A stretch of DNA of 63,598 nt, filler included, from Ministeria vibrans ATCC 50519 (Eukaryota; Protista; Filasterea): assembly GCA_943704425.1 (NCBI GenBank). It is 5 parts of 5 records of this genome, joined end to end, with 100 filler letters (N's around TTAATTAATTAA, not from the genome) between each part and the next. Parts side by side here need not be neighbours in the genome. Positions count along the whole stretch, not along the records: positions 29,013 to 45,520 come from CALSCP010000124.1; positions 45,621 to 53,178 come from CALSCP010002459.1; positions 53,279 to 63,598 come from CALSCP010000875.1; 2 more parts are not named here. The stretch is one strand, 5' to 3'. A model generated the notes under the pieces. That model had not been told where the DNA came from and did no database searches. It was given only the letters and a program-made list of their open reading frames with translations. Positions 40,134 through 53,675 of the stretch are shown here, piece by piece (the stretch's first letter is position 1; each line of letters begins with the position of its first letter). A program made the translations under genes and the position numbers.

Positions 40134-43100
40134 TCAACACGGACAGTCACGCGGTTCAATCAGGATCTCGTTGACAGCGACATGCGAGGGCACTGTCACC
40201 GCATAGAGCACAGCCGACGAGATGTCCGCAACGTCAAGCATCTGATTGCGCTTAGCGGTCGTGTCGGTTGCCTCCTCAATGCTGTCCGCCCCCACAAACT
40301 CTTTAAAAGCCTCCTTGTCCGTCGTGTTCAACAGAATCTCCGTTGCCACATCACCAGGCTACAAAGAGAGGAAGAGGAAGAGGGAGAGGAAGAGGGAGAG
40401 AAGAGGAGAGGGAAAGAAACAAAGTGATAGAGAGATAAAGAAACAAGTGATAGAGAGAGGAGAGGGAAAGAAACAAAGTGATAGAGAGGAGAGGGAAAGA
40501 AACAAAGTGATAGAGAGAAAGGAGGGGGAAAGAAACAAAGTGATAAAGAGAGAGAGAGAGGAGAAAGAAACAAAGTGATAGAGAGGAGAGTAAGTGTGTG
40601 AGAGTGGAACAAGAAAAAAAAAGAAGAGGAGGAAGAAGAAGAAAACACCACGAATAATACACATACAATATTATACACACGAAAAAAAAGAATAAAAAAA
40701 AAGAAAAAAAGAAAGTACCTGGACGGTTGTGACGCGCAGACCAGAGCCGGCCGTCTCGGAGCGCAACCCCTTCGACAGCGCCTCGACAAAGAACTTGGTT
40801 GCACTATAGACGGCGAGGCCCGGGAAGACCTGGCGTCCAGCGTCGCTCGAGATGTTGACAATGTGGCCGGCAGAGCGCGCGAGCATACCATCCAGCACTG
40901 CCCCAATGCAATTCATGACGCCCTTGCAGTTCACGTCGACCTGTTGCTCCCACTCATCTTCGTGCAACGCTCGCATGTTCGTGTAGTACATCACCCCCGC
41001 TGCATTCACCAGAATGTCCACAGGCCCCATACGCGTCTCGGCCGTCTCGGCCAGTCGCTTCGCATCGCTGCGCTGGGTCACGTCCGTCTCCACCGCAATC
41101 GCAGTCAGTCCTTGCTCGCTCAGCGACCCGCACAGCTCTTCCAATCGCGCCACACGTCGCCCAGCACACACCACAGCACAACCTGGGAAAAAAAGAAAAG
41201 AAAATGGAAAAAGAAAGTAAGGCAGAGAGGAGAAAAGCGAGTAAACAAAATAATTATAATTGCGCACCGGCTTGAGCAAGAGCAACACAAACGCCGCGAC
41301 CAATACCGCTGGTGGCACCCGTCACAATGGCAACTTTTCCCGTGAGGGGACGGGACACGGTAGTGGCGGCGAGGGTGGCAAGGGCGGGCGGAAGGCCCAC
41401 CGAGCGCATCTGGGAAAAGGCACGTGCCAAAAAGGCCTCGTCGACGGGCGGGTAGGCATGCTCGAGCACAGCCTCCGCCTGTGTAACCGTCGCACGCGTG
41501 TGCATGCCTGAAGTAAGTGCCTCCGCGGTGGGTAGACTCAGCAGCAACGACGCAAGAGGTCCGTTGTCGCGCGCAATAAGCTGCGCACGTCGTCGCCACT
41601 CGTCAAAGGGCACCGTCGCCACCTCGTAGCCCTGCGTGCGCGCCCACTGCATCACTCGCTCGGCGCGCATAGGCTTGGGATTGATAAAGTGGTAGGTGCG
41701 TCCAAAGGCGTCGGTGGAGCCAGTGCACGCCACAATGGCCCGTGCAACCATGTCCACAGGACTCATCTCAATGTGCCAGTCGGGCACGTTGGGCGCAGCG
41801 CGACAGTCTAGACACGCACGCAGCAAGAGCGCAATAAAGTCGCGTGGGTTCCACTGTGCACCCACCCCACTGGCGTATACAGTGTCAGCGGGTCCCGCCA
41901 GATTACCCAGGCGGTACACAACGGAGGGCAGTCCGGCAAGACGAGCACGCATGACCAGCCGCTCAGCGACCCACTTGCTCTGCGCATACCCTGAGTCGAG
42001 TGTTGCCCAGCCAGCGTCCACTCGTGCATCGTCCGTCTCGCTGTACACCGCCGGTGCGTCCGAATCGGCTGCGGCGGGCGCCAACACTGCGTCCGAGCTG
42101 ACAAAGTGCAGCACTTTAATGCGCTGCTCCAGACAAAAGTCAATGACGTAGTTTGTGCCGTCCACATTGGCAGCGCGCAATGCCGAGTACGGGAAGACGA
42201 GGTTGACTTGGGCAGCAGCGTGGATTACTACCGAAACGTCGGTCACAAGCGCACCATAGTCGTCGTCGCTCATGCCGAGCCGGGGCAACGACACGTCGCC
42301 CCCAATGGCCACGACACGCTGGTCAAATGCATCGCACCACGACGTGTCGCTGTCGGCGTAGAGCTGGGCCACAAGCACGCGCATGCGTCGTTTCATGTTG
42401 GCCCGACCCGCTGCGTCGTTGTCGTCGCCATGCTGATGATTGTCGTCGTCGTGCGTGGGTCGCATGAGACAGTAGACGTCGCTGGCGGTATTTCGCAGAA
42501 GCGCACACACCAGGAAGGGTCCTAGCCAGCCTGTCGCACCTGTCACTAGGTACGCTCCACGTCGCACCAGTCCACGGTGCTGCATGCTACGCCAGAAGGA
42601 ACGCAAGTGTAGTGTGTGGTCGCGACCAAATGCATCGTAGCGCTCCACCTCGCCCACGAGCGACAGTGACGCAGCAACCTTTGCCGCAGCAACTCCTGCC
42701 TCGCCTCCTCCTGCGCACTGCGTGCGCAGCTTCACCACACTTGCCAGCTCGCTGACACTGGGGCACGCAAAGAAATCACCAATGGTAAGTGACACGCCAC
42801 AGTGCTGCTCGACAAGCGAAACAAGACGCGCTGCCGAAAGTGAATGACCGCCCAGGTCAAAGAAACTCTCGTGGACATCATCGACACTTGCGACGTGTAG
42901 TGCCTGGCTGAAGAGCGACGCCAACGAGCGCTCCAGGTCGGTGGATGGCGTCACCTGACACTCGCGAGTGGCCGTGTCCCGATCAAAGACGGGCAAACGC
43001 TTCTTGTCGAGTTTGCCACTCGTTGCGTGCAATGGCAGCTCGTCAAGACGCACAAAGAAGCTCGGGACCATATAGTGGGGCAGAAGACGACGGACCTCGG

Positions 43101-45076
43101 CCCGCAGCGTCTTAACCGAGGCGGGAGACACGCCGGGTGGAGCAACCCAGTAGGCAATCAGCTGCTTGTCTTCGCCCTCATCGCCATGAACGACAACCAC
43201 AGCCGAAGACACGTGCTCAAGCTAAAGTACACCAAACGCAACACCGTCATGTAACAGAGACATTCAGACATGCACACACACAGAGAGAGAAAGGAGAAAG
43301 AAACAAAGTGATAGAGAGGTCGTAGAAGAAGGGAGAGAGGAAGTAAAAATATTTACTCTTCTCGCTTCCATTATTTTGTTTTTTCATCCTTCTCTCACAC
43401 ACTTTGTTTTTCTTTTTCTCCTCCTCTCTCTCACTTTTCTTGTATGTGCGTGTATATTATGCGCATACCTGTGTGAGAGTGGCTTCGATGGCACGTACTT
43501 CGACGGAGTAACCGCGAATCTTGACCATGCCATCACAACGACCCATGATCTCGAGTTGGCCATCGGAGAGCAGGCAGCCCCAGTCGCCCGTCTTGTAGAG
43601 ACGCACTGACGACGACGAAGGGTCTGCGCTGTTTGGATTGAGGTGGGAAGGAGACTGGATGAAGCGCTGTTGGGTGAGGTCGGGGCGGTTGAGATAGCCA
43701 ATGGCAAGCGTGGGGCCCGCGACGTAGATTTCGCCGGGAACACCAATGGGGAGGGGCTGAAGGTCAGTGGTGAGGACGTGGATGCGGACATTGGGGAGGA
43801 GGAAGCCGGCAGGCATGTATTTGCGGGCGGCGCTAGTGGCACCGAGGTGGGTAAGATCCGATGCTGAGACGTCGTGTGCCTCGGAGATGGAGTAGAGATT
43901 GAGCAGACGCACGTGTGGTAGCTGGGCGACGAGACGTGCGCGCAGTTCGCCTGTGACCACCTCGCCACAGAGCCAGACGGTGCTAAGAGAGGCAAGACGC
44001 ACTGCCAGCGAGGCGTCAGCGCCCTCTGTAGTACTGGTAGTGTCGAGAAGAACGGCATCGAGCAGCGATGGTGTGAAGAGGATGCGAGTGATGGCATGTT
44101 CGGCAAGGAAGGCGACCAGCAGACGCGGATCGTAGATGACCGTGTCGGGAATGATGTAGAGCGTGGCACCCGCCAGCAGCGGCCGCAGCATTTCCCAGAC
44201 AAAGAAAACATTGCAAGCTTCGCGTTCGAGACCATTGTTGTTATTGTACGGCACAAACTGATGGCGCCAGTAGTAGCTCATGACGGCGCCACGATGAGGA
44301 CAGCAGATTCCCTGGTAGGCGTTTCATTTGAGCCGAGGAGGCGTATATTGCACACTGAAAAATACAACCCCGTACCTTCGGAACACCAGTGGTACCGCTG
44401 GAGAAGACAACATAAGCGAGGTCGTCGAGGGACACCGTGACGGCAGTCAGGTCCTGAGCGGCGTCGTCGTCTTTGATGTCCTGCCAGTCGTCGGGCAGCA
44501 CGAGCACCGTGGTGTCGCTGCTCTCAATACGACCCACAAGCGCACTGTTCGTAATGACCACGGTCGCTTCGGTCGTGATGCGTTCCAACAGCGAGTCGGG
44601 ATACGCAGCCTGAGCAGCAGACAGACAGACAAGAGTGTGAGAATGAGACAGGATCATCTGGGTGCGCCACGCACCTCAATGGGCGCGTAGCCTCCGCCCG
44701 CCTTGTGGATCGCAATGTAGCTGATGGTGTAGTTGAGTGACCGCTCCATAAAGATACCCACAACCTTTCCCGTGTCGACGCCACGCTCTACAAAGGAAGG
44801 AAGGAAGAAAAAGAAAAAAAAAGAGAGAGAGAGGTTCAGAGGGCAGTGTCGCCTCATCCACGACAACCTACGACGCAATTGGCGTGCCACCATGTCGGTG
44901 ACGGTATCCAGCTGCTTGTACGTGAGTGAGAAGGACTCGCCAGGCGACACAACGGCGATTGCGTCGGGAGTGGAGCGCACTTGTTCACGAAACATTTGGT
45001 GGAGAGGAACGTCGGGATAGGACATGTCGGCGGGCATGCGCGCAATTGAACTCGTTGGGGCGTCTGCGGAGGCCAT
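40134..45076 (-). CDS. NRPS-like A-T-R-R enzyme, glycine betaine reductase (ATRR)-like
   Basis: A domain (YVVFSSGTTGVPKG, NLYSISE, PGEIYVAGPTLAIGYLNRPDLT, LYKTGD, VKIRGYSVE, SGKLDKK); PCP (FFDLGGHSL); thioester reductase (VTGATGWLG, HAAAQVN, GYAQSKWVAE); C-terminal SDR (VTGATSGIG, NAAG, NISS, YSATK). Confidence 0.88.
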
Positions 45077-45422
45077 TCTGCGACAACTGAGACAAATTAT
45101 TACTTCGATTTGCTGCTGACGATCAGTCAGGGGTACTTACTTGATTACTAATAATATTTAATTGTTGTTTAATCTTTTGTTTGTTTCACAGTTTTTTTTG
45201 CCTTTGACTGGAGTTTGGGCTGATAGGATGGCTGGGCAAGCGGGTGAAATGTGGGTGGCGGGCGGGCGAAAGGGTCTTGTTGAGCATTTGCGTGCACACG
45301 ACACACTGGTGTCACTGGACGAGACACTGCCGTCGCGGCGTGGGGCGGAGGACCCGATATGGATTGGAGACAGGTCCGCTGTGCCGCATGTCTCTTGCGA
45401 GACGAGCGTCACTAATTCTGAC

Positions 45423-45520
<98 letters not shown>

Positions 45521-45620
45521 NNNNNNNNNNNNNNNNNNNNNNNNNNNNNNNNNNNNNNNNNNNNTTAATTAATTAANNNNNNNNNNNNNNNNNNNNNNNN
45601 NNNNNNNNNNNNNNNNNNNN
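45521..45620. other. Artificial contig linker (44N-TTAATTAATTAA-44N)
   Basis: Same 100-nt cassette. Confidence 0.97.
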
Positions 45621-45805
45621 TTTTTTTTGCCAAAAAAACTCAAACGAAAGAATCAAAGTGATAAAAAAAAAAAGAGAAAAAAAAAGAACACATTCCGCTA
45701 CGCTGTGCCTGTCGCACCGTGCCTCTAACTTTGGAAAAGAGAGTCATCCGCACCGTCCACGACGTGCGCTGTTCAGCGCGTCTCCCAATCCGTTGAGACA
45801 TTCTC

Positions 45806-45837
<32 letters not shown>

Positions 45838-45867
45838 CTCTCACTCTCTGCACCTTCTTCTCAACAG

Positions 45868-46490
45868 AGGGCGCCAATGACATTATCGACGAGACGCTCC
45901 GCTTCTTCAAGGGTGCGAAACGAGCTGCGTCGTCTTCTCTCTGTGGCTCATCCCATTGTGTGTGTGTGTGTGTCTCTCTTTGTTTTTTCCTTAGCCAACG
46001 TTTTCTTCCGCAACTACGAAGTCAAGGGCAACGCCGACCGTCTCCTTGTCTACATGACTCTCTACACAACACAGTGCCTCGAAAAGCTGCAGAAGTGCTC
46101 TTCCAAAAACGACGTAAGAGCCCACAAATGGACAGCACACTCCTTCTTGTCTCTTGACGCTGCCTTGTTGTGCAGGGCTTGAAAGCACTCAACTCGCTTG
46201 CCATGGAGAGCTTTGCACTTCCCGGCGAAGGCCGTTTCCAGCTCAACGCACTCTACACCGCCCCCAAAGACCGTTCCGAGAGCGACCAGATGCGTCAGTA
46301 CCTTCTCCAATGCCGTCAGGAACTTGGCGTGCGCATCTGCGAGCTTGTCTTCAAGAATGGCGACAAGCCCGACAAGGTGCGACACAACACTCGCCAATAC
46401 CCTCATTCTCCTCACACTTCTTTCTTTCTTTTTTCTCTGTAGTGGTGGATGTGCTTTGTGAGGCGCAAGTTTCTTAACAAGTCTCTCTGA
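45868..46490 (+). CDS. ARPC3: Arp2/3 complex subunit 3 (p21-Arc); 5' exons missing
   Basis: [35 protein letters not shown]...FALPGE..F.LNALY..P...[15 protein letters not shown]...[18 protein letters not shown]. Confidence 0.96.
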
Positions 46491-46826
46491 GTTCGACCGT
46501 CCTCTTCTCCTTTTCCTTCTCTTCAACCCTTCTTTTTTTCTTTTTTTAATACACTATTGACAGCCTCTTGATTGAGCCAACGTGTTTATCTCTCGCTAGT
46601 CCCTGTTGGAGTCTCGACCGCTGCGTCCTGTATCTGTGGCTGAGCTGCATTCTCACTTGACTTGACATTGCCATTTAATCCCATTTATCCTTCACCACAA
46701 GTGATACCATAAGTAATCAGGATTCAGGAGTAAGGAATCATCTCTCAATGAACTCATTGATAAAGTCAATTCTGTAACCTTTAAATAACCTTTCGTCTTC
46801 ACTCTTTACTCATCAATCATTTTCCC

Positions 46827-49800
46827 ATGTTGCCCATCGTGATCGCCCTTCTCTTTGCCCTTGGGCTCGGGGGCGACCCAGTGGCAGGCGCTGTCCTGTT
46901 CAGCGACGACTTCGACCTGGCAGTGGGTCTCGTCTCCTCCAAATGGGATTTGACGACAACCGCCTTCATCGACGACCAACGATGCACTTCAATGGAACAT
47001 TTCCTCGTCATGTTCGACGATGCGACCACGCGCCAACTCAAGACGGTCTCCCTGGACCTCACCAATGCAGTCATTCTCTCCTTCTTCTTCTCGAGCGGCG
47101 TGGGAACCTGTAAGAGCGACACACACACACACACACACAACACAGCCATTCTCAATCATTCGCTTTTTCCTCAGCTTGCAACGAACCACAGGCGTCGCAG
47201 GCCGTAAGCGTCGGCTACGTGGGGGCCAGCCTTCCTGTCGACATGGACTTGATGTTTGGGCGGCACTCGGCGCTCGAGAAGCGGCTGCTGTTGCCGGTGG
47301 GAGCGCAAGGCAACGCCACGACACTGTACTGGGAGCAGAACACCTTCTCGACGACGCTCGACAACTGGGGCATCGACATGGTGCGCGTCATCGCCATCGA
47401 CAGCCAAGGTCCACCTGTGACCATGACCGACACTTTTTCGAGCGCAACACCCGACAAATGGACCTACCAGATTGGAGGGCAGCTGCAAGCGGCCTTTTGC
47501 CAGCGTCTCAACGTGCTCCTCTTCAGCACCCTTTTCAACACAGAGGCGACCTTTCGTTTTGCCGAAACCCAACTACTGGATCTATCGTCGCAGACCAATG
47601 CCACTGTGCAGTTTGTTCTCACCGTCGGCTGTGGCGTCGACGACGACTTCGCAGCCGTCGAGTTGCAGTACCGCACACTCTCGGGCGACATCTGGACCAG
47701 CGTCCACAGCGACACCTGCTACGAGTCATCGTCTGTGGACTTGCCCGCCTGCACCGTTTTTCACCCCGAGACCATCTACCGTGCGGACGATTTCCCGACT
47801 TTTCGTCGTGTCACCGTCACCAGCCTGCCTTCCACCAACGAGACGGTCGCCTTCCGTCTGCGGCAGCTCGCCGGCCTTCCCGTCACCAACTGGGCGCTGG
47901 CGCACTTCTACGTCGGCTCCAACTGCTCCGACATCACGTGCTCCTTCCGCGGCATTTGTTCCGACGGTATCTGTGAGTGCGACTCTGGCTACACCGGCGA
48001 CACCTGTTCCATCATCACCACCCCTCTGCCCACGTCGCTTTACGACGACTTCGAGTCCGTAGCGGTGTCTTTTGCCCTCTACGCCGCCAGCAGCGCCGTT
48101 ACCTTTGCGTCGACCTCGTGTGGCGTTGCCTCGCAAGGCAATGGTGCCGTATTCCTGGGTGCTGGCCGGCGCTTTCTCGAGACCCACGACCTCAATGTCA
48201 CTGACGCCCAGGTCATCTCCTTCTTTGTCGCGACGGGCATTCAGAGCGGATGCGACGTCAGCGAAGGCGGCAGCGAGGCCCTTCGCATCGCTTTTTCGAC
48301 TAACGCCGGCTCCACCTGGACACGCTTCTACACTGCCCCCTCCGCCTCTGTCACCCAGGTCATCGCGTCCATTCCCGACGCCGCTCGCAGTGCTCCCCTC
48401 GGCGCACGCTTCCGTATCTGGCAACCCGTGGCGGACGGGTCTTTGTTCGACGGCTGGGTCCTCGACGACCTTTTTATTGGCGGCCTCTCCACCGTGCCTA
48501 CCTACCTGCTTGATGCTCTTGATGGCGTCAGCGCCCCCAGTACCGCCTGGCTGTACCCCGCCATCAATGGCATCCACAACACCACTTGCACCGAATCTGC
48601 AACACAGTCGCTTGTCTTTGACACCGACTCGCCCTTTCAGCTCGCCTCCACGCACACTCTCCACCTCTCACCTGCCGCCTTTGCCCAATTCGACCTGGTC
48701 ATTAACTGCGCCGGTGCCGTCACCGCCTCCGCCTACGACGTGCTCCTCGAGTACCAGGTGGGCAGCCCCGACAGCGAGTGGAAGGTTGTCGTCGACGAGC
48801 CCACCTGCCAGTTCTCCTCTTCCCTCTACGACGAGCCTAGCTGCGACACTTTCACCCGCTCAACCCTCTACTCGTCACGCGAGTACACCTCGTGGCGTCG
48901 CATCACCGTGCCCACACTCAACGTGCCCAATGGCGGCCAAGACATGCGTCTGCGCTTCATTGTCCAGTCTCAAGTCACTGGCGGACGCTGGTCCATCAAG
49001 AATGTGTACATTGGTGACGGCTGCAACGGCACCTTCTGCTCGGGCCATGGCTACTGTCGCCACACTGCCTGTGAGTGTGACACGGGATTCACCGGAGACC
49101 ACTGTGAGCTGTTCACGGGCACGAACGAGCGCGAGCTCCTTGCTGACTCGTTTCTCACGGACCCCGCCTCCCTCCTGGGCTTCGACTACCTTTCGCTCTC
49201 CGCCATTGCGGGCCTTTCGACTGCCTGCCAGGCCAACGGTGTCGGCAATGGCATGCTCTTTCACGGCTTTGGACCGCGTATCTTTGAGACGGTCGACCTG
49301 AACCTTGTAGGCTCCAGTGTGGACTACGTGCCGTTGATCTCGTTCCTGGCGGGTACATCGACGACTAACGGATGCGACCGCGCAGAGGACGTTGGCGAGG
49401 GCATCTACGTGGCGTACTCGACCAACGGCGGCGTACACTGGCATCGTTTCTACGACGACTCGTCCGACCCGCTCGGTGTCCCCTCAGGCGACGGCACCTA
49501 CGAGATCCTTCGAATCGTGCCTGACGTTGCGCGCACCGAAAACACTCGCATTTTGCTGTGGCAACCATCGTTCTCGGGGCCCAACAATGACAACTGGCTC
49601 ATAGACAATTTGTATTTGGGTGGTCGTCCACTGGTCACCGCCATCAATGCCGACACGAAAATTTCCGAAGCGTTCATGTGGAGCGGTCTGGGCGCAACGT
49701 CTGGTACGTTCTGCGGACGCGACTTCTCCTTGAGCTTTGCCGGCAAGGACACTGCCAACACACTCACGACCCACCCGCTTGCACTCGGCCGCATGACGAA

Positions 49801-52800
49801 CCCTGTGCTCTCCTTTGAGCTTAACATTGGCTGTGGCGTCGAAGACCTCGCAGTCCGCATTTCCGTCACCTATCAACTTCCCAATGCTGTACGACAATGG
49901 TGAAAAGGAGGGAGAGAATTAATACTGACGTTATAATGGGCTTCGACCCTCTATTAAATTTTAGACCGGTTGGAAACTTGTCCAGTCACAAGATTGTTTT
50001 TCATCGAACATTGGCGTTCTACAATGCGACTCTGCCTTCCAATTCCAATCACTCTATGCGTATCGTGATGCCTACGCCTGGCGTCGCTTCTACATTGTTG
50101 ATCTTCCGGCCGAGATGCGCGTGGATGGTGTCCAGATTCGCATTGGTCAGGTTGACGCGACGGGCACATCAAGTTCGTCGTGGGGTGTGCGCGAGGTGAT
50201 TCTTGTGGACGGCTGTAACAACCACTGCAATGGCCATGGGAGTTGCATGAGTGCTGGTGTGTGTGCTTGCGATACGGGCTTTACTGGCGCCGACTGTGCC
50301 GAAGTGAGCTCGCCATTGGCCACTGAGATTCGCGATGAGTTTGAAGACGACCTGGTCTCGCCTGTGCACTACGAGTACCATTCGGGGGTTGAGGTGTCCA
50401 CGAGCGCGTGCGAGACAGTCGTCAGTGGTGACCGTCTTGTCTTTACGCGTGGCTACACTCGCTACTTGATGACACGCGAGCTCAATCTTACTCACGCCGA
50501 TTTGATCACCATGTACACCTTCACTGGCTCGGGCGTCTTGTGTGAGACCGTTGACAATATTGCGACTGAGGAGCTCTCCTTTGCGTACTCTGTTGACGGT
50601 GGCGTGCGCTGGACAACGCTGCCACAGCCGAACACTCGCTTTGTGTCGTCGCCCGGTGAGAGCACCATCCACTTGCCTGGTGGCGCCAAACAAGTTGCGG
50701 TGCGTATTCTCATTTGGCAGGCGGCGCTTTCGTCGTTTACGGGTGATGTGATGGCTGTCGATTCGCTCTTCATTGGTGGCATCTCAGCCAACCTGACAAC
50801 CATGACCGACTCGTTTGCACCGTACAACGTTGATCAATGGATCTGGCCAGGCATTGGAACCACCGGTACCTTCTGTGGCAAGCCCGATGCACTTATGTTT
50901 CTGGGCAACGACGGAGAGTCGGTGCTTGCCACCAAGGCCATGAATCTCGCGGGACGCCTCGAGACTGTCGTTCAGTTTGAAATTAATGTGGACTGTCTCA
51001 TTGCCACGAGCGGCTTTTCCGTTGCCCTGCAGTACCTGGACATCACTGGTACCTGGCTCTATCTTGTTGTCTCCAGCTGTGCCTTTGCGAATCCCAACGA
51101 CAACGACTGCTCCAACTTTTCGCTGTCGACTGAGTACACCTCGTACGAGTTTGGTTCCTGGCGACGCGTCACCGTCACCAACTTGCCTTCAGCCGCCTTG
51201 TACGACCAGGTGCGCTTTCGATGGGTTGTCCCCGGCGGTGGCTCCACGTCGACCTCGTGGGCCGTGCGCAATGTGTATATTGGCTCGGGCTGCGGCGCCG
51301 CAGGTTGCTCGGGACACGGTACTTGTTCGTTTGACCTGTGCACATGTGACACGGGCTTTACGGGTGCCCAGTGTGACGCGATGCTTGTAGGCATCCTGCC
51401 CACCTCTGTGCGCTCCACTTTTAACAGCAGCTCGTCGCCGTTGCCCTTGCAGTGGCCTGTGGTCTCGGCCGTGTCACACGGCACCAAGTGTAGCGAGGCC
51501 AGCGACGGCACGGGTGCGCTTTTTTCCGGTGCAGGACGTCGCTATTTGATCAGCGCCGATCTCAATCTTACTTCGGCGCGTCTGCCTCTCGTGTCCTTTT
51601 TCTTTAGCGGCGGCTCGCCCTGCGACCCCTCCGAGAGCTTGGAAGAGACTGCGCATGTGGCGTACTCCACCGACGGCGGCAACAACTGGGTGCGACTTGG
51701 ATGGACCCCACTCAGATTGTCGAGTCCCGAGTTCGCAGCGTTTTTTCTGCCTTTGTCGGTGACACAGGCGCAAGCTTTGCGTGTCATGTTGTTCCAGCCG
51801 ATGCAGTCGTCCAATACGGCCGACGAATGGCTTGTGGACGACGTTTTCATTGGTGACGGGGAGGCTGTCTCGCCCTACGCTGATTTGGCGACCCGTTCCG
51901 TCTACGCGGGCAGCGACGCCTTTGACGACAGCCTTTTGCTGTACGCGTTGCAAGCGGAGCAGGTGTTTCCTCAGACGAGTGTGGAGGGTCAGCTGTGCGG
52001 CTACAGCGGCGCCGAAGCGGCGCTGGTGTTTGGCCGCGCTCGCGGCGACTATGGTCTGCGCATGGCCCAGACGCGCGTCTTCAACCTTACTGGTGCCTCG
52101 GTCGATGATGCCACGGTGCAATTTGAACTGGCGCTCAGTTGTGATCAGTTTGTGTCGTCGTCTATCAGCATCGAATTGGAGTACACGACTGTGTTAGATC
52201 CGCACACTGGGGACTGGCTTCCCGTCCACGAGACCTACTGCCACACATGTAATACCTTTGGGTCGTTGCGCACCTCGTACACCTCCAATGATTACTATCT
52301 GGCGACATTTCATCGCTACTCAGTCCCTCTCACGTCCGCCATGCTCGTTCCCTCTGGCGTCTCCTTTCGCTGGCGTCTCGAAAATGGTGCCTCCCGCACT
52401 GAATTTGCTCTCAAGTCGCTCTACGTTGGTGCCGACTGCCCTCTCCGCTGCTTTGGTCACGGAAGATGTATGCCAGGGGGTACATGCGCGTGCGATTCGG
52501 GCTACTCGGGTCTCAGCTGCGAGACAGCAGCCACTAACCAGGGTGCGCCCGTCCACATTGACCTCACTGTGTCTACTTCGTCGCGTCCTCTCGTCGAGCG
52601 TCACTCCGATGCTCTTGTTGTCAGCTCCTGTGGCGGCCCTTTCTCTATGATGACCTTTCAGCACAATTCGCGTTTTATTGAGACAGTTGATTTTAATGGT
52701 AACGGACAAAAAGTTTGTGTTTAAAATAATAATAGTAATAATTATTATTACTATTATTATTATCATTATTATTTAGTTCCCAGCTTTGGCACAGTCCTTC

Positions 52801-52947
52801 GTATTTCGATTCTGATGGGAGGACAGTGCGAGATTCCAGACAGTGGCGAAGATGTGTATGTGCTGTTTAGTGTGGATGCGGGGTCTTCGTGGAAGCCGCT
52901 GGGGAGTATCAACAGTGCAAACACCAATTCTGTGGGGATCCACAATG
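46827..52947 (+). CDS. Secreted reelin-repeat protein (at least 5 reelin repeats); 3' end lost at contig edge
   Basis: Signal peptide MLPIVIALLFALGLGG. Repeating subrepeat-A / EGF / subrepeat-B units with Asp-boxes (FSTNAGSTW, YSTNGGVHW, YSVDGGVRW, YSTDGGNNW, FSVDAGSSW), WRRITV, RI..WQP, W.(L/I)D..(F/Y)IGG, and CSGHG.C...C.CD.G(F/Y)TG..C EGFs. Exons at 47176-49888 and 49965-52712 splice in frame. Confidence 0.88.
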
Positions 52948-53070
52948 TAAGAGAATGAGAAAGAGGGAGAAAGGAGGGAGAAGAAAAAGGAAAAAAACAA
53001 AGTGATAGAGAGAAAGAAGCAAAGTGATAGAGTGATAGAGAAAAATGGATAGAAAGAAAGTGTGTGTGTT

Positions 53071-53177
<107 letters not shown>

Positions 53178-53178
53178 G

Positions 53179-53278
53179 NNNNNNNNNNNNNNNNNNNNNN
53201 NNNNNNNNNNNNNNNNNNNNNNTTAATTAATTAANNNNNNNNNNNNNNNNNNNNNNNNNNNNNNNNNNNNNNNNNNNN
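53179..53278. other. Artificial contig linker (44N-TTAATTAATTAA-44N)
   Basis: Same 100-nt cassette. Confidence 0.97.
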
Positions 53279-53456
53279 CCTCTGCAGTGCGAACAAGACA
53301 GCGAACTGTGCCATTCTCAAGAAGAGTAAACACGGAACTCAAATCGGGTGATAGCGTTGCTCGCTCGCGTTCACTCGTTGGCACATGGCGCAGCAGCATG
53401 TTTGTCGCGTACTCGCATGCGGCATCGGTCGCAATGGAGGGCCATGAATCGCTCAT
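53279..53456 (-). CDS. Hypothetical protein 5' fragment at contig edge
   Basis: ORF MSDSWPSIATDAACEY...FTLLENGTVRCLVRTAE has coding-like composition and follows an AT-rich upstream region; family not established. Confidence 0.35.
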
Positions 53457-53675
53457 GGAGTGAACTGAATAAATTGAAATTATTTAACATTTTTTTTAAT
53501 TTTTTTACGATCAAAATGTGCGAAGAAACGGGAATCCCTTGCTCCTACTTTTCGATTCTGACAGAGTCTCTTCTTCAACACACCAACTGATTTTTTTTTT
53601 GTCGCAAACAATAATGTCGTAGTGTCACAAGGAGAGAATCATATTACATGGTACAACGACGCCGGATGGGACGGA

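Noticed and set aside
53279-53456. Possible ZSWIM7/SWS1 N-terminus
   Set aside because: Resemblance is too weak and the diagnostic SWIM finger would lie beyond the contig end.
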